Shown one piece after another: positions 16,961 to 25,448 of a DNA stretch of 64,000 nt. The translations under genes were made by a program, and so were the position numbers. The first letter of the stretch is position 1, and each line of letters opens with the position of its first letter. Below the pieces are notes generated by a model, which saw only the letters and a list, made by a program, of their open reading frames with translations, made no database searches and had not been told where the DNA came from. Origin of the DNA: Candidatus Babeliales bacterium (GTDB lineage: Bacteria; Babelota; Babeliae; Babelales; RVW-14); NCBI GenBank assembly GCA_019749895.1, contig JAIEPG010000005.1, forward strand, positions 6,884-70,883, in the 5' to 3' direction.

Positions 16961-18319
16961 ATGATTAAAAAGTTCTTTAGTTTCTTTCTCTTAAGCCTTG
17001 CCCTCACCAGCACTGCCTTGCCCACAGCAAGCGAATATGCACACTGGGAAACACCAGAAGAAGCAGAAAAAAAAGTAGCTTACTACATGGCACAACACGA
17101 AGCCAGAAAAGCTTATGAACCAAAGATTGATCGATTTAAAATTGCTGGCCTTGTTCTTGAACACCATCCAAAAGAAACCCCAGAAGAAGCTGCCCAACGC
17201 GTAAAACAAAACCCACACCCAATCAGCGGGGCATCACACAGCGCATACAACCAAGCTCTGTACTACCAAACACTGAGCAGTAAAACTGCACCATCATCAG
17301 ATTATGATTATGATGCAGAAGTTGAACTCGTTGGTTTTATGCTTGAACATACTCAAATAAGCCAGGACGATGCTGCCGAAGAAAAAAGAATAGAACAACT
17401 GAGTCGCAAACTGCAAATGGCAATTGGCAAAGCATCGTGCCAAGAACTACAAGAGCTTATTGATGCGGGCGCTGATGTTAATTTTAGCAGTGGCTATCTG
17501 TTGCCACCGCTTCATCAAGCAGCAGGAGAAGGCCACGTAGATCATGTTAGGTTCCTCCTCAGAAATGGCGCTGACCCTAACAAATTTTTTTTCGAACGCG
17601 GTACACATTTTAGCCCACTCATGCTTGCCTTAGCCCAAAAACGTGCCCACTGCGCCCAACTCCTTATTCAAGCCGGCGCTCATGTTTTTGAAATAGTTGC
17701 GGGCGAAAACACAGCACTTCACATCACGCTTGCCATGACAAACATTCTCGACATTTTGAGTGTAAAACAAAACCAAAAAGAAACCTGGGAATGCTTGCAC
17801 ACCATTCTTGTTTCTATAACCCCTGAAGAACGTACAAAGCTCATTAACGCGCCCAACGCTCTGGGCCAAACCCCGCTACATTTGGCAGCAAAAAGACTTA
17901 ATCTTGAATGCGCGCAACTCTTAATGGACAACGGTGCTAACATTAACGCAGTCGACGGTGATGGCAACAACGCACTTCACTACGCAATTCAAGAGCGAAA
18001 AGAATTAGACAAAAATAATCAGAATCTTATGATGGCTGGCCTGTCACTTGAAGCAAAAGTTGATAACATGATCGGCTATCTTCTGTGGCCAGATTTTTCG
18101 ATAAACAATATTTTTAATCCAAAACCACGCAATCTCTACAAAAAAATCAACATTAATGCACAAAATAAAGCCGGCGAAACAGCTTTGCTACTGGCAAGCA
18201 AAGTTGGCTACTGGAAACCAACACAAACACTCATTAAAGCTGGCGCAAACAAAAGCATCAAAGACCATGCAGGCAACGCATTCCAACCAGTCAACCATCC
18301 AATGTGCATAATTTCATAA
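16961..18319 (+). CDS. secreted ankyrin-repeat protein A7, CaaX (CIIS)
   Basis: Leader MIKKFFSFFLLSLALTSTALPTA. Duplicated ETPEEA segment. PPLHQAAGEGHVDHVRFLLRNGAD, QTPLHLAAKRLNLECAQLLMDNGAN. Ends NHPMCIIS-stop. Confidence 0.85.
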   Translation: MIKKFFSFFLLSLALTSTALPTASEYAHWETPEEAEKKVAYYMAQHEARKAYEPKIDRFKIAGLVLEHHPKETPEEAAQRVKQNPHPISGASHSAYNQALYYQTLSSKTAPSSDYDYDAEVELVGFMLEHTQISQDDAAEEKRIEQLSRKLQMAIGKASCQELQELIDAGADVNFSSGYLLPPLHQAAGEGHVDHVRFLLRNGADPNKFFFERGTHFSPLMLALAQKRAHCAQLLIQAGAHVFEIVAGENTALHITLAMTNILDILSVKQNQKETWECLHTILVSITPEERTKLINAPNALGQTPLHLAAKRLNLECAQLLMDNGANINAVDGDGNNALHYAIQERKELDKNNQNLMMAGLSLEAKVDNMIGYLLWPDFSINNIFNPKPRNLYKKININAQNKAGETALLLASKVGYWKPTQTLIKAGANKSIKDHAGNAFQPVNHPMCIIS

Positions 18320-18356
18320 ATAAGAATTTAAACGATTAAACAACAGAAAGTTAATC

Positions 18357-19034
18357 ATGATTAAAAAATTTATGTTTTTGCTTTTTATTTCCCTCTCTCT
18401 GGCAAACACCGCGCTGCCTGCAGCAACAACATCACACAACGCACAACTGTCACTAAAACAAGACTCAATACTATCGCGCTTTCTTGATGCAGCAAAATAT
18501 AATGAAAGCAAAAAAATTAAAATCTATATTCAATTTCTAAAAGCAGAAAACATTAGCATTGACAGGCTGGGCAAGTTTGGCGAAAGCGCTCTGCACATAG
18601 CCGCAGAAAACGGTCACACTGAAATGGTAAAAATACTTTTAGATGCTGGCGCCAGCCCAGAAGCACTAACCAGAGAGGGCTTAACACCGCTCCACTACGC
18701 TGCCAATTGCGCAATTATGCAATTGTTGCTTGATCGCCACGTCAACATTGAAGCAGTAGACAAGCACGGCAAAACGCCCCTACATTGCGCCGCACTGCGC
18801 GGCCGTGTTGAGTGCTTACAGTTATTGCTCAATAATAATGCCAACCCCAATGTTTTAACCACATTACAACAAACGCCACTTCACTTTGCCGCCGCTCGCA
18901 AAGACGGCGCTGAATGTGTGACAAAACTTCTTGCAGCAGGAGCCGACAAAGATCTTCAAGATTTTTCAGGTAAAACCACTTTTGAAATTGCAGCCTGGCA
19001 CCAGCACAAGCTTGTTATGAGGGCTTTGCGCTAA
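18357..19034 (+). CDS. secreted ankyrin-repeat protein A8
   Basis: Leader MIKKFMFLLFISLSLANTALPAA. ESALHIAAENGHTEMVKILLDAGAS, KTPLHCAALRGRVECLQLLL, QTPLHFAAARKDGAECVTKLLAAGAD. Confidence 0.9.
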   Translation: MIKKFMFLLFISLSLANTALPAATTSHNAQLSLKQDSILSRFLDAAKYNESKKIKIYIQFLKAENISIDRLGKFGESALHIAAENGHTEMVKILLDAGASPEALTREGLTPLHYAANCAIMQLLLDRHVNIEAVDKHGKTPLHCAALRGRVECLQLLLNNNANPNVLTTLQQTPLHFAAARKDGAECVTKLLAAGADKDLQDFSGKTTFEIAAWHQHKLVMRALR

Positions 19035-19042
19035 GTATTTTT

Positions 19043-19070
19043 CTGTGCATAAATTTTTGGTGTGGTACAC
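19043..19070 (+). promoter_or_regulatory. copy 4 of the promoter-like cassette
   Basis: ctgtgcataaatttttggtgtggtacac. Confidence 0.35.
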
Positions 19071-19121
19071 TCCTCGCAAGAGAGTATTTTGAAAAAAAAT
19101 CTTAGATACCCGGAGAGTACC

Positions 19122-19529
19122 ATGATCCAAAAAATTATACGTACATTTTTTTTCACACTGGCACTGGCAAACACGGCATTGCCCACCGGTATACAACCTC
19201 TTGATGCTGCCGACCAAGAGGGCCTTACCGCACTTCACCACGCAGCAATCAACAATCATCAAAACGTTATTGAAGAGTTTGTTGCTGCAAGCGTTTCGCG
19301 TGACGCACAAGACAACCAAGGCTGGACAGCGCTGCACTGGGCCGCCCAGTACGGTCGTTCTGCTTTTGTAGCACAACTTCTTGCAGCGGGTGCCAATCCG
19401 TGCATTAAAAACAAGCAGGGCTGTGGTGCTGCAACCATTGCAGGCATCTACCGATACCGCAGACTCATGCGCCGCTTGCTTGAGGCAGAAGAAATGTGGG
19501 CATTGGCAGAAGAGCATATGTCTCACTAA
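19122..19529 (+). CDS. short ankyrin-repeat protein A9
   Basis: Leader-like MIQKIIRTFFFTLALANTALP. LTALHHAAINNHQNVIEEFV, WTALHWAAQYGRSAFVAQLLAAGAN. Confidence 0.8.
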   Translation: MIQKIIRTFFFTLALANTALPTGIQPLDAADQEGLTALHHAAINNHQNVIEEFVAASVSRDAQDNQGWTALHWAAQYGRSAFVAQLLAAGANPCIKNKQGCGAATIAGIYRYRRLMRRLLEAEEMWALAEEHMSH

Positions 19530-19573
19530 AAATTGTTTTTAGAAAACTATTACATAAGCACCGAAAGTTAATC

Positions 19574-20314
19574 ATGATAAAAAAATTAAGCTCATTTTTT
19601 TTTGCACTCGTTCTAACAAGTAATGCAATGCCAGCAGCATGTTCATCGTCAACACAACAACCATCTGCTGACGACTCAAGTAGTAGCCCCAGAATAGATA
19701 ACCGTACGCTTAACCTCGAATTTGTTAAAGCTTTCCATTCAAAAGCAAGCTGCGAAGAAATACTAGCACTTATTGCTGCCGGCGCCGATGTTAATTGTTA
19801 CTACAACGGAAGTACTTGCTTGCATTATGCAGCAAACAACGGCATGGCCGACCACCTCAGCTTGCTCTTAAGAAATAGGGCAAATCCTGAGCTACGAAGC
19901 GCTACTCTCTTACGAACCCCTCTTCATGAAGCAGTTTCCAGCCTTCACCTTGAATGCGTAAAAAGACTTGTTCAACACGGCGCAGACCTGAATGCACGTG
20001 AACACAGCGGCGGCACACCTCTCCACTTTGCCGTAATGTCCAGCTCTGTGGAACGGGAAAATCCTAAAATAGAACAACTGAAAATCAACATTATAAATAT
20101 GCTTATTTACAAACGGTTTAGCCAGTCAGTGGGAAGCAGCACTGATAGCATTACAGAAAAAAATAATATTAATCTGGATGCGCAAAATATGTTTGGACAC
20201 ACAGCGCTACATGTTGCTTACTTAAGTGGTTATAAAAATATTGCACAAGTTCTTCTGCAAGCCGGGGCCAATCCTAGAATCCCAGACATATTTGGCCAAA
20301 CAGTTGCCAGGTAA
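19574..20314 (+). CDS. secreted ankyrin-repeat protein A10
   Basis: Leader MIKKLSSFFFALVLTSNAMPAA. STCLHYAANNGMADHLSLLL, RTPLHEAVSSLHLECVKRLVQHGAD, HTALHVAYLSGYKNIAQVLLQAGAN. Confidence 0.85.
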   Translation: MIKKLSSFFFALVLTSNAMPAACSSSTQQPSADDSSSSPRIDNRTLNLEFVKAFHSKASCEEILALIAAGADVNCYYNGSTCLHYAANNGMADHLSLLLRNRANPELRSATLLRTPLHEAVSSLHLECVKRLVQHGADLNAREHSGGTPLHFAVMSSSVERENPKIEQLKINIINMLIYKRFSQSVGSSTDSITEKNNINLDAQNMFGHTALHVAYLSGYKNIAQVLLQAGANPRIPDIFGQTVAR

Positions 20315-20361
20315 GATCAAACATAAAAAAGTAATCATAATTTTTAACCCAAAACGTGATC

Positions 20362-21282
20362 ATGATTAAAAAAGTTATATGCTCATTTTTTATAACGCTT
20401 GCACTCGCAAGCACCGCAATGCCTGCTGCACTGCCAGAAAATGACCGACAACTTCTTGTTGCTGCCAAAGATGGCAACATCGAACGCTTACAAGAACTTA
20501 TTAGAGCTGGCGCCAACGTTAACGCAACTAATCAACAGGGCACTACCCCACTTCATGAGGCGACGCCACTTGGCAATACAACATGTGTAGAACTACTGCT
20601 TGCCGCAGGTGCTAACCCAAATGCACAAGATGCAAAAGGAAAAACACCGCTTGAATATGCCGCGCTAATTGGCCATGTCACCTGCGTACAACTGATGGCT
20701 TGGGCACCAACTACCACAATGAGCACTGCCTTAGCGGCCCTGCAATATGCTGCCATGAAAGGTTTTAGCACCTGCTTGCGCGTCCTCATTGCCGCAACGT
20801 CTAGAACTGGCAGGGCAAATAAACAAGGCAACTTCCCACTTCACTACGCAGCAGCGCGTGGCCATTCAACATGCGTACACGATTTGCTTCATCCAACGCA
20901 AGGAGTCCTTTCAAACGTTCACCTTCTCAGCCTTGCAAGTATGGCGCAACTAGTCATTGATCGAGAAAGTGTTAATGCACAAAATAAGTTTGGCAACACA
21001 CCGCTGCACTTGGCAGCCAAAAATGGGCATGTTGCCTGCGTGCGCGAACTTCTTGCTGCGAGTGCCAATCCGTGCATTCGTAATCATGTTGAAAAAAAAC
21101 CTTGCGACCTTGCCACTCACTACGGCGTGATTTACATTTTGGAAAAAGCTGAGCAAATGTGGGCAGAAACGCATGAAGAAGTTTACGACGATCATGATGA
21201 TCTTCAAAGCGTTGAAAAAATGATGTTATATTATTTGGTGTTAAAATCTGCTGAGAATACCTGCTCCTTTTTCTTTGCGTAA
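20362..21282 (+). CDS. secreted ankyrin-repeat protein A11
   Basis: Leader MIKKVICSFFITLALASTAMPAA. TTPLHEATPLGNTTCVELLLAAGAN, KTPLEYAALIGHVTCVQLM, NTPLHLAAKNGHVACVRELLAASAN. Confidence 0.85.
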   Translation: MIKKVICSFFITLALASTAMPAALPENDRQLLVAAKDGNIERLQELIRAGANVNATNQQGTTPLHEATPLGNTTCVELLLAAGANPNAQDAKGKTPLEYAALIGHVTCVQLMAWAPTTTMSTALAALQYAAMKGFSTCLRVLIAATSRTGRANKQGNFPLHYAAARGHSTCVHDLLHPTQGVLSNVHLLSLASMAQLVIDRESVNAQNKFGNTPLHLAAKNGHVACVRELLAASANPCIRNHVEKKPCDLATHYGVIYILEKAEQMWAETHEEVYDDHDDLQSVEKMMLYYLVLKSAENTCSFFFA

Positions 21283-21329
21283 ATTTTTGGCATGCTACAC
21301 GATGTCACTAAAAAATTGTTTTTAGAAAA
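21273..21329 (+). promoter_or_regulatory. copy 5 of the promoter-like cassette plus leader box
   Basis: ctttgcgtaaatttttggcatgctacacgatgtcactaaaaaattgtttttagaaaa. The preceding cctgctcctttttc is the right half of the terminator seen at 14891. Confidence 0.4.
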
Positions 21330-21363
21330 TCATCACCATTACAACATCACACGGAGTTAATTA

Positions 21364-21807
21364 ATGATCAAAAAATTGAGTGCTCTTTTTATTACACTTG
21401 CACTGGCAACCACTGCCCAGCCAGCAGGAGAGGCTCCTGAAGAAAATCCCCAAGCACCTTTACTTTTTGCGGCAGTAGAAACAAGTAATTTACCTTGGCT
21501 CAAGCAACTCATTGCCACGGGAGCCCCCACTAAAGGACTAGGTTTATTACCATTTGCCGCTTCACGCCGTCACACTGCAGTTATTTCTTACTTGCTCGAG
21601 GAAAAAAAAGTTGATGTTAACGAACAAGATGAATTAGGACGAACAGCAGCACACTTGGCCGCGCGCATAGGCGCTACCGAGATTGTTAAAACGCTCACCC
21701 AACACGACGCAGACATCACCATAGCCGACCAGTTTGGCCGCGTTCCACGAGAATATGATGCCGGGCAAGATGCACAACTTACCAGACTTTTAACGCCGGA
21801 AGATTAA
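21364..21807 (+). CDS. short ankyrin-repeat protein A12
   Basis: Leader MIKKLSALFITLALATTAQPA. RTAAHLAARIGATEIVKTLTQHDAD. Confidence 0.75.
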   Translation: MIKKLSALFITLALATTAQPAGEAPEENPQAPLLFAAVETSNLPWLKQLIATGAPTKGLGLLPFAASRRHTAVISYLLEEKKVDVNEQDELGRTAAHLAARIGATEIVKTLTQHDADITIADQFGRVPREYDAGQDAQLTRLLTPED

Positions 21808-21840
21808 CAATTTAGCAAAAACAATAATGTGGAGATTTTT

Positions 21841-22512
21841 ATGAAGAAAATTTTTTTTTGCGCGTTAACCGCTAGTTGGCTCTTTGCAAGTGTTCATGCT
21901 TCGGTTGATGAAAAAATAGCCACGCTGCAGACACTCAACTTCAACGAAAAAATTGCCACGCTCACCCAACTCATTCAAACAACCGGCCAGCGAACACTGA
22001 GCAAAGAAGACCAAGAAACATGCGCAAGTTTCTTGATGGGCCTTTTTCATGAAGTTGCGCTGCACGGCGAGCCAGAGCGCATCGCTTTTAAAAATCTGCT
22101 TCACAGCCTGCTAGCCAGCACCCTGCTCACGCACGAGCAACGCGAATACATCACCAAACTCATGCTGCCTTTTGTTGATCCTGCAAGCCAAGCGGCAACA
22201 CCAACTATCCAACGCTCTCCTGCAACCGAACCAGAAAACGCTCACGCCAACAATCGTGTGTTTCATGATACGCAACAGATCACCGTCCCAATTATTACCA
22301 AAGAGTGGGTACCCGGAGAGAGTGGCAAGCTTGAGCAAAAAACTGAGATTAGTTTTAAAACGGTAAAACCACACACTACTTCCAACACTCAACAAAAACA
22401 TGTTACCGAAAAAGAAAGACAACTAACAAGATCTGTTACAGAAGAAACCACCAGCAAAGGCAGCGGGCGCAGACCGCGCTGTAGAAAAGCAGGAATTTAT
22501 CGAAGCGCATAA
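21841..22512 (+). CDS. secreted protein carrying one copy of the module found in the 10460-12016 product
   Basis: GGAG RBS. Leader MKKIFFCALTASWLFASVHAS. EKIATLTQLIQTTGQRTLSKEDQETCASFL...LLTHEQREYITKLMLP matches ENKIQALSTLIDRSDRATFNASTQTAFGKL...LLAPVQQNYVAQNMI. Basic C-terminus. Confidence 0.65.
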   Translation: MKKIFFCALTASWLFASVHASVDEKIATLQTLNFNEKIATLTQLIQTTGQRTLSKEDQETCASFLMGLFHEVALHGEPERIAFKNLLHSLLASTLLTHEQREYITKLMLPFVDPASQAATPTIQRSPATEPENAHANNRVFHDTQQITVPIITKEWVPGESGKLEQKTEISFKTVKPHTTSNTQQKHVTEKERQLTRSVTEETTSKGSGRRPRCRKAGIYRSA

Positions 22513-22532
22513 AAACTAAGAAAGAATAAATC

Positions 22533-22919
22533 ATGAGCAATGACGCAACAACAACATTTAAAGAACTGAACGATCTTTTGCGCGTGTATCTCCAAGAGCG
22601 GGGATGGGAAAAGTTTCATAATCCCAAAGATATTGCAGCCAGCTTGAGCGTTGAAGCAAACGAATTATTAGAACTTTTTTTATGGCGAACGCCAGAAGAG
22701 CTTTATGCAGAATTAGAAAATAATCCAAAATTTAGAACGCAAGTGCAAGACGAGCTGGGTGATATTATTTTGTGTTGCCTCAACTTTGCGCACAATGCCA
22801 AAATTGATATTTCTCAAGCGTTTAAAGAGAAATTAAAAAAGCAGGCACTTAAATACCCTGCAGATCAGGTACAAGGAAGCGTTGAGCGCTATTTTGAATT
22901 GAAGTACAAAAACAAATAA
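22533..22919 (+). CDS. MazG-like nucleotide pyrophosphohydrolase (small, dCTPase-like)
   Basis: 128 aa. FHNPKDIAASLSVEANELLELFLW and DELGDIILCCLNFA match the EExxE/D helix pattern of the MazG/all-alpha NTP-PPase fold. Confidence 0.7.
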   Translation: MSNDATTTFKELNDLLRVYLQERGWEKFHNPKDIAASLSVEANELLELFLWRTPEELYAELENNPKFRTQVQDELGDIILCCLNFAHNAKIDISQAFKEKLKKQALKYPADQVQGSVERYFELKYKNK

Positions 22920-22935
22920 GCACACAGGTTTTTTA

Positions 22936-23385
22936 TCTTTTTCTTTTTCTTACAATCTCTGCTCTATTCATTAGATAATTTTTGCGTTTTGTAGGAGGTG
23001 TACATGCTGACACCTCCTACCACCTCCCGCACTTGGGCTGGTCGCCCAAGACCCACTGACGCACCGAATCGCTGCAACCGCGCTTACGCGCTCTGTGCGC
23101 TCACGGTACTTATACAGAGCCATTAATTACACTTTTCCGGATGCTCGTTGTTGTTTTTGGTTCAACATTTTGCAAGTCAAAAATCGATTAATGGCTCCAA
23201 ATAAGCACCATCAAGCGAACAGAGCGCGCTAGCGCGGTTGTCGGGCGTTGGTGCGTCAGAGATTCCAAAGATACTTCTTTGGTGCGCCCATTCCAAAGGG
23301 GGTCGCAATACCCCCTTTGGAAAAAACGAAATGCTTTAAAATTAGATAAGACAGAGATTGTAAGAAGATGAAAAAAGAAAAAAAG
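22936..23385. repeat. ~450-bp nested imperfect palindrome filling the gap between convergent genes
   Basis: Outer arms cttacaatctctg (22949-22961) / cagagattgtaag (23352-23364). Inner ~72-nt arms 23056-23127 / 23187-23259. Local perfect hairpins at 22991-23020 and 23293-23320. All share a symmetry centre near 23157. Confidence 0.75.
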
Positions 23386-23390
23386 AATGG

Positions 23391-25274
23391 TTAAAATGTT
23401 AAATCGTGCACAATACTTTGTAACTGACTATACGCCAGTTTAGCTTCTTCCAACGAAGCTCCATCTTCAAGCGTGCTAATATCACCAATTGCAGAACCTT
23501 CAACTACCGCCTTAAGCAAGCGCCTCATAATTTTACCAGACCGCGTTTTAGGCAACCGATCAACAAAATAAACACCACGCAACACAACAAACGCGCCAAT
23601 GTGCTCACGGACTACTTTAATAATTTGTTGTTTAATCTCGTGCTCGTGCCCAACGCCACTATTTTTCAGAATGGCAAACAGCACAATCGACTCGCCCTTA
23701 ATGTCGTCATGCACGCCAATTGCTGCTGACTCTGCAACCATTGAAAGCGTTACCGCAGCACTTTCAATTTCTGCCGTGCCAATACGATGCCCCGCAACAT
23801 TAACTACTTCGTCTGCGCGACCAAGCAACCAAAAATAACCATCATCATCAACACGTGCATAATCACCGGTATAGTACATGCCTTTAAAGCGACTCCAATA
23901 AACTTCTTTAAAACGTTCTGGGTCGTTATAAATACCAATGTTCATGCCTGGCCATGGTTTTTTAATGACCAAATATCCCTTGGTACCAGCAGGCACTGCC
24001 ATACCCTGCGCATCAACAACTTCAGCTTCAATTGTTGGCAGCGGCAACGTTGCAGAACCTGGTTTAAGTAATACCAAATCTAGCCCTGCTGTTGGCGCAA
24101 TCAAAAAACCGCCCGTTTCAGTTTGCCACCAGGTATCAATAATTGGGCACTGATTAGCACCAATGCGCTCGTGGTACCAACGCCACACTTCTGGGTTAAT
24201 TGCCTCACCCACCGTTCCCAGTATTTTTAAACTTGAAAGATCAAATTTTGCCGGCCATTCATCGCCATATTTTATGCACATGCGAATGGCGGTTGGCGAG
24301 GTGTAAAAAATGGAAACGCGATATTTTTCAATCAAGCGCCACCAGCTACTTGGGTCTGGAAAATCTGGCGCACCTTCATACATAACCGAAGTAAGCCCCA
24401 GCAATAGCGGCGCATAAATAACGTACGAATGTCCGGTAACCCAGCCAATGTCTGCCGTGCACCAATAAACTGAATCACTTTTTGTATTAAACGCCCACTG
24501 CATAGTTGCACGCACGTACGTTAGGTAGCCACCAGTCGAGTGCATTAAGCCTTTGGGCTTGCCCGTAGTTCCCGACGTGTACAAAATGTAGAGCGGATGA
24601 TTAGACTCAACAGCAACCGGTTCTACAAAAACATTCTTTTCTAAATGCTCCTGCGCTATGATATCGCGCCCTTCGTGCAGCACAAGCTCGTGCTGGGAGC
24701 GTTTGATAATAATAACTTTTTCAATTGATGGGCAGTCACTAACTGCTTGATCAACAATTTTTTTAAGTTCAATTGTTTTGCCGCGGCGTATGCCAATGTC
24801 GGCTGTTATCACAAACTTTGCCTGCGTATCGTGAATGCGATCTTTAAGCGCATGGCTGCTAAAGCCAGAAAAAACTACCGAGTGCGTAGCCCCAAGGCGC
24901 GCGATTGCCAAAATGGCCGCTGCTGCCTGTGGGATCATGGGCAGGTAAACCATAACAATGTCATTTTTTTTCACGCCAAGTTTTTGCAACAAATGAGCGT
25001 ACTGATTAACCTGCTGGTACAACTCAGCATAAGTCCAAGTTATCACACTGCCCTGCTCATCTTCCCAATGAAAAGCAACTTTGTTACCAAGACCATTTTT
25101 TATGTGCACGTCAACGCACAAGTACGACGCATTAAGCTGGCCACCTTTAAACCAATGAGCATACGGCTCATGCCATTCTAAAGTTTTGTCCCAACGCTTA
25201 AACCACGCAAGTTTTTCCGCTTGTTGTTCCCAAAAATGTTCTGAATTCAAACGAGTATCAAGAGCAGGCATCAT
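23391..25274 (-). CDS. acs: acetyl-CoA synthetase (AMP-forming)
   Basis: 627 aa. YTSGTTGKPKG AMP-binding motif, WWQTETGG, YYTGDYARVDDDGYFWLLGRADEV, PKTRSGKIMRR. Confidence 0.9.
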   Translation of the reverse strand: MMPALDTRLNSEHFWEQQAEKLAWFKRWDKTLEWHEPYAHWFKGGQLNASYLCVDVHIKNGLGNKVAFHWEDEQGSVITWTYAELYQQVNQYAHLLQKLGVKKNDIVMVYLPMIPQAAAAILAIARLGATHSVVFSGFSSHALKDRIHDTQAKFVITADIGIRRGKTIELKKIVDQAVSDCPSIEKVIIIKRSQHELVLHEGRDIIAQEHLEKNVFVEPVAVESNHPLYILYTSGTTGKPKGLMHSTGGYLTYVRATMQWAFNTKSDSVYWCTADIGWVTGHSYVIYAPLLLGLTSVMYEGAPDFPDPSSWWRLIEKYRVSIFYTSPTAIRMCIKYGDEWPAKFDLSSLKILGTVGEAINPEVWRWYHERIGANQCPIIDTWWQTETGGFLIAPTAGLDLVLLKPGSATLPLPTIEAEVVDAQGMAVPAGTKGYLVIKKPWPGMNIGIYNDPERFKEVYWSRFKGMYYTGDYARVDDDGYFWLLGRADEVVNVAGHRIGTAEIESAAVTLSMVAESAAIGVHDDIKGESIVLFAILKNSGVGHEHEIKQQIIKVVREHIGAFVVLRGVYFVDRLPKTRSGKIMRRLLKAVVEGSAIGDISTLEDGASLEEAKLAYSQLQSIVHDLTF

Positions 25275-25448
25275 AACTCCAATCCTTTCCCAGCACGTTC
25301 ATGCAAAAACTTTTTTCTCGATACTGCAATGTACCTAAAAAAAAATTCTTGATCAAACAACAGTTTTTCTCGACAGTCCCCTGCCATCGGCTATAAAATG
25401 GCGCAATGTAATGATTAGTAAAAAAATTTATAAAAAGGTGATTTTTTT

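Noticed and set aside
1049-18319. A functional link between the mevalonate operon and the CaaX-box proteins (bacterium supplying the prenyl donor)
   Set aside because: CaaX prenylation needs eukaryotic prenyltransferases and uses host FPP or GGPP. Co-occurrence within ~10 kb is not evidence of coupling, and no prenyltransferase gene is present in the window.
20362-21282. Other C-terminal cysteines as prenylation sites (A11 ...TCSFFFA, B2 ...LKIC, D1 ...SQSC, D3 ...QCGN, B6 ...GCNL)
   Set aside because: The Cys is not at position -4, so these do not fit CaaX. CC or CxC Rab-type motifs are also absent.
14903-21329. Reading the conserved TTGGCA in the spacer cassette as a sigma-54 (-24 GG / -12 GC) promoter
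   Set aside because: No TTGC-like -12 element follows at the required spacing in any copy. A -35 / extended -10 reading (TTTGCA-16nt-TGnTACAAT) fits better.
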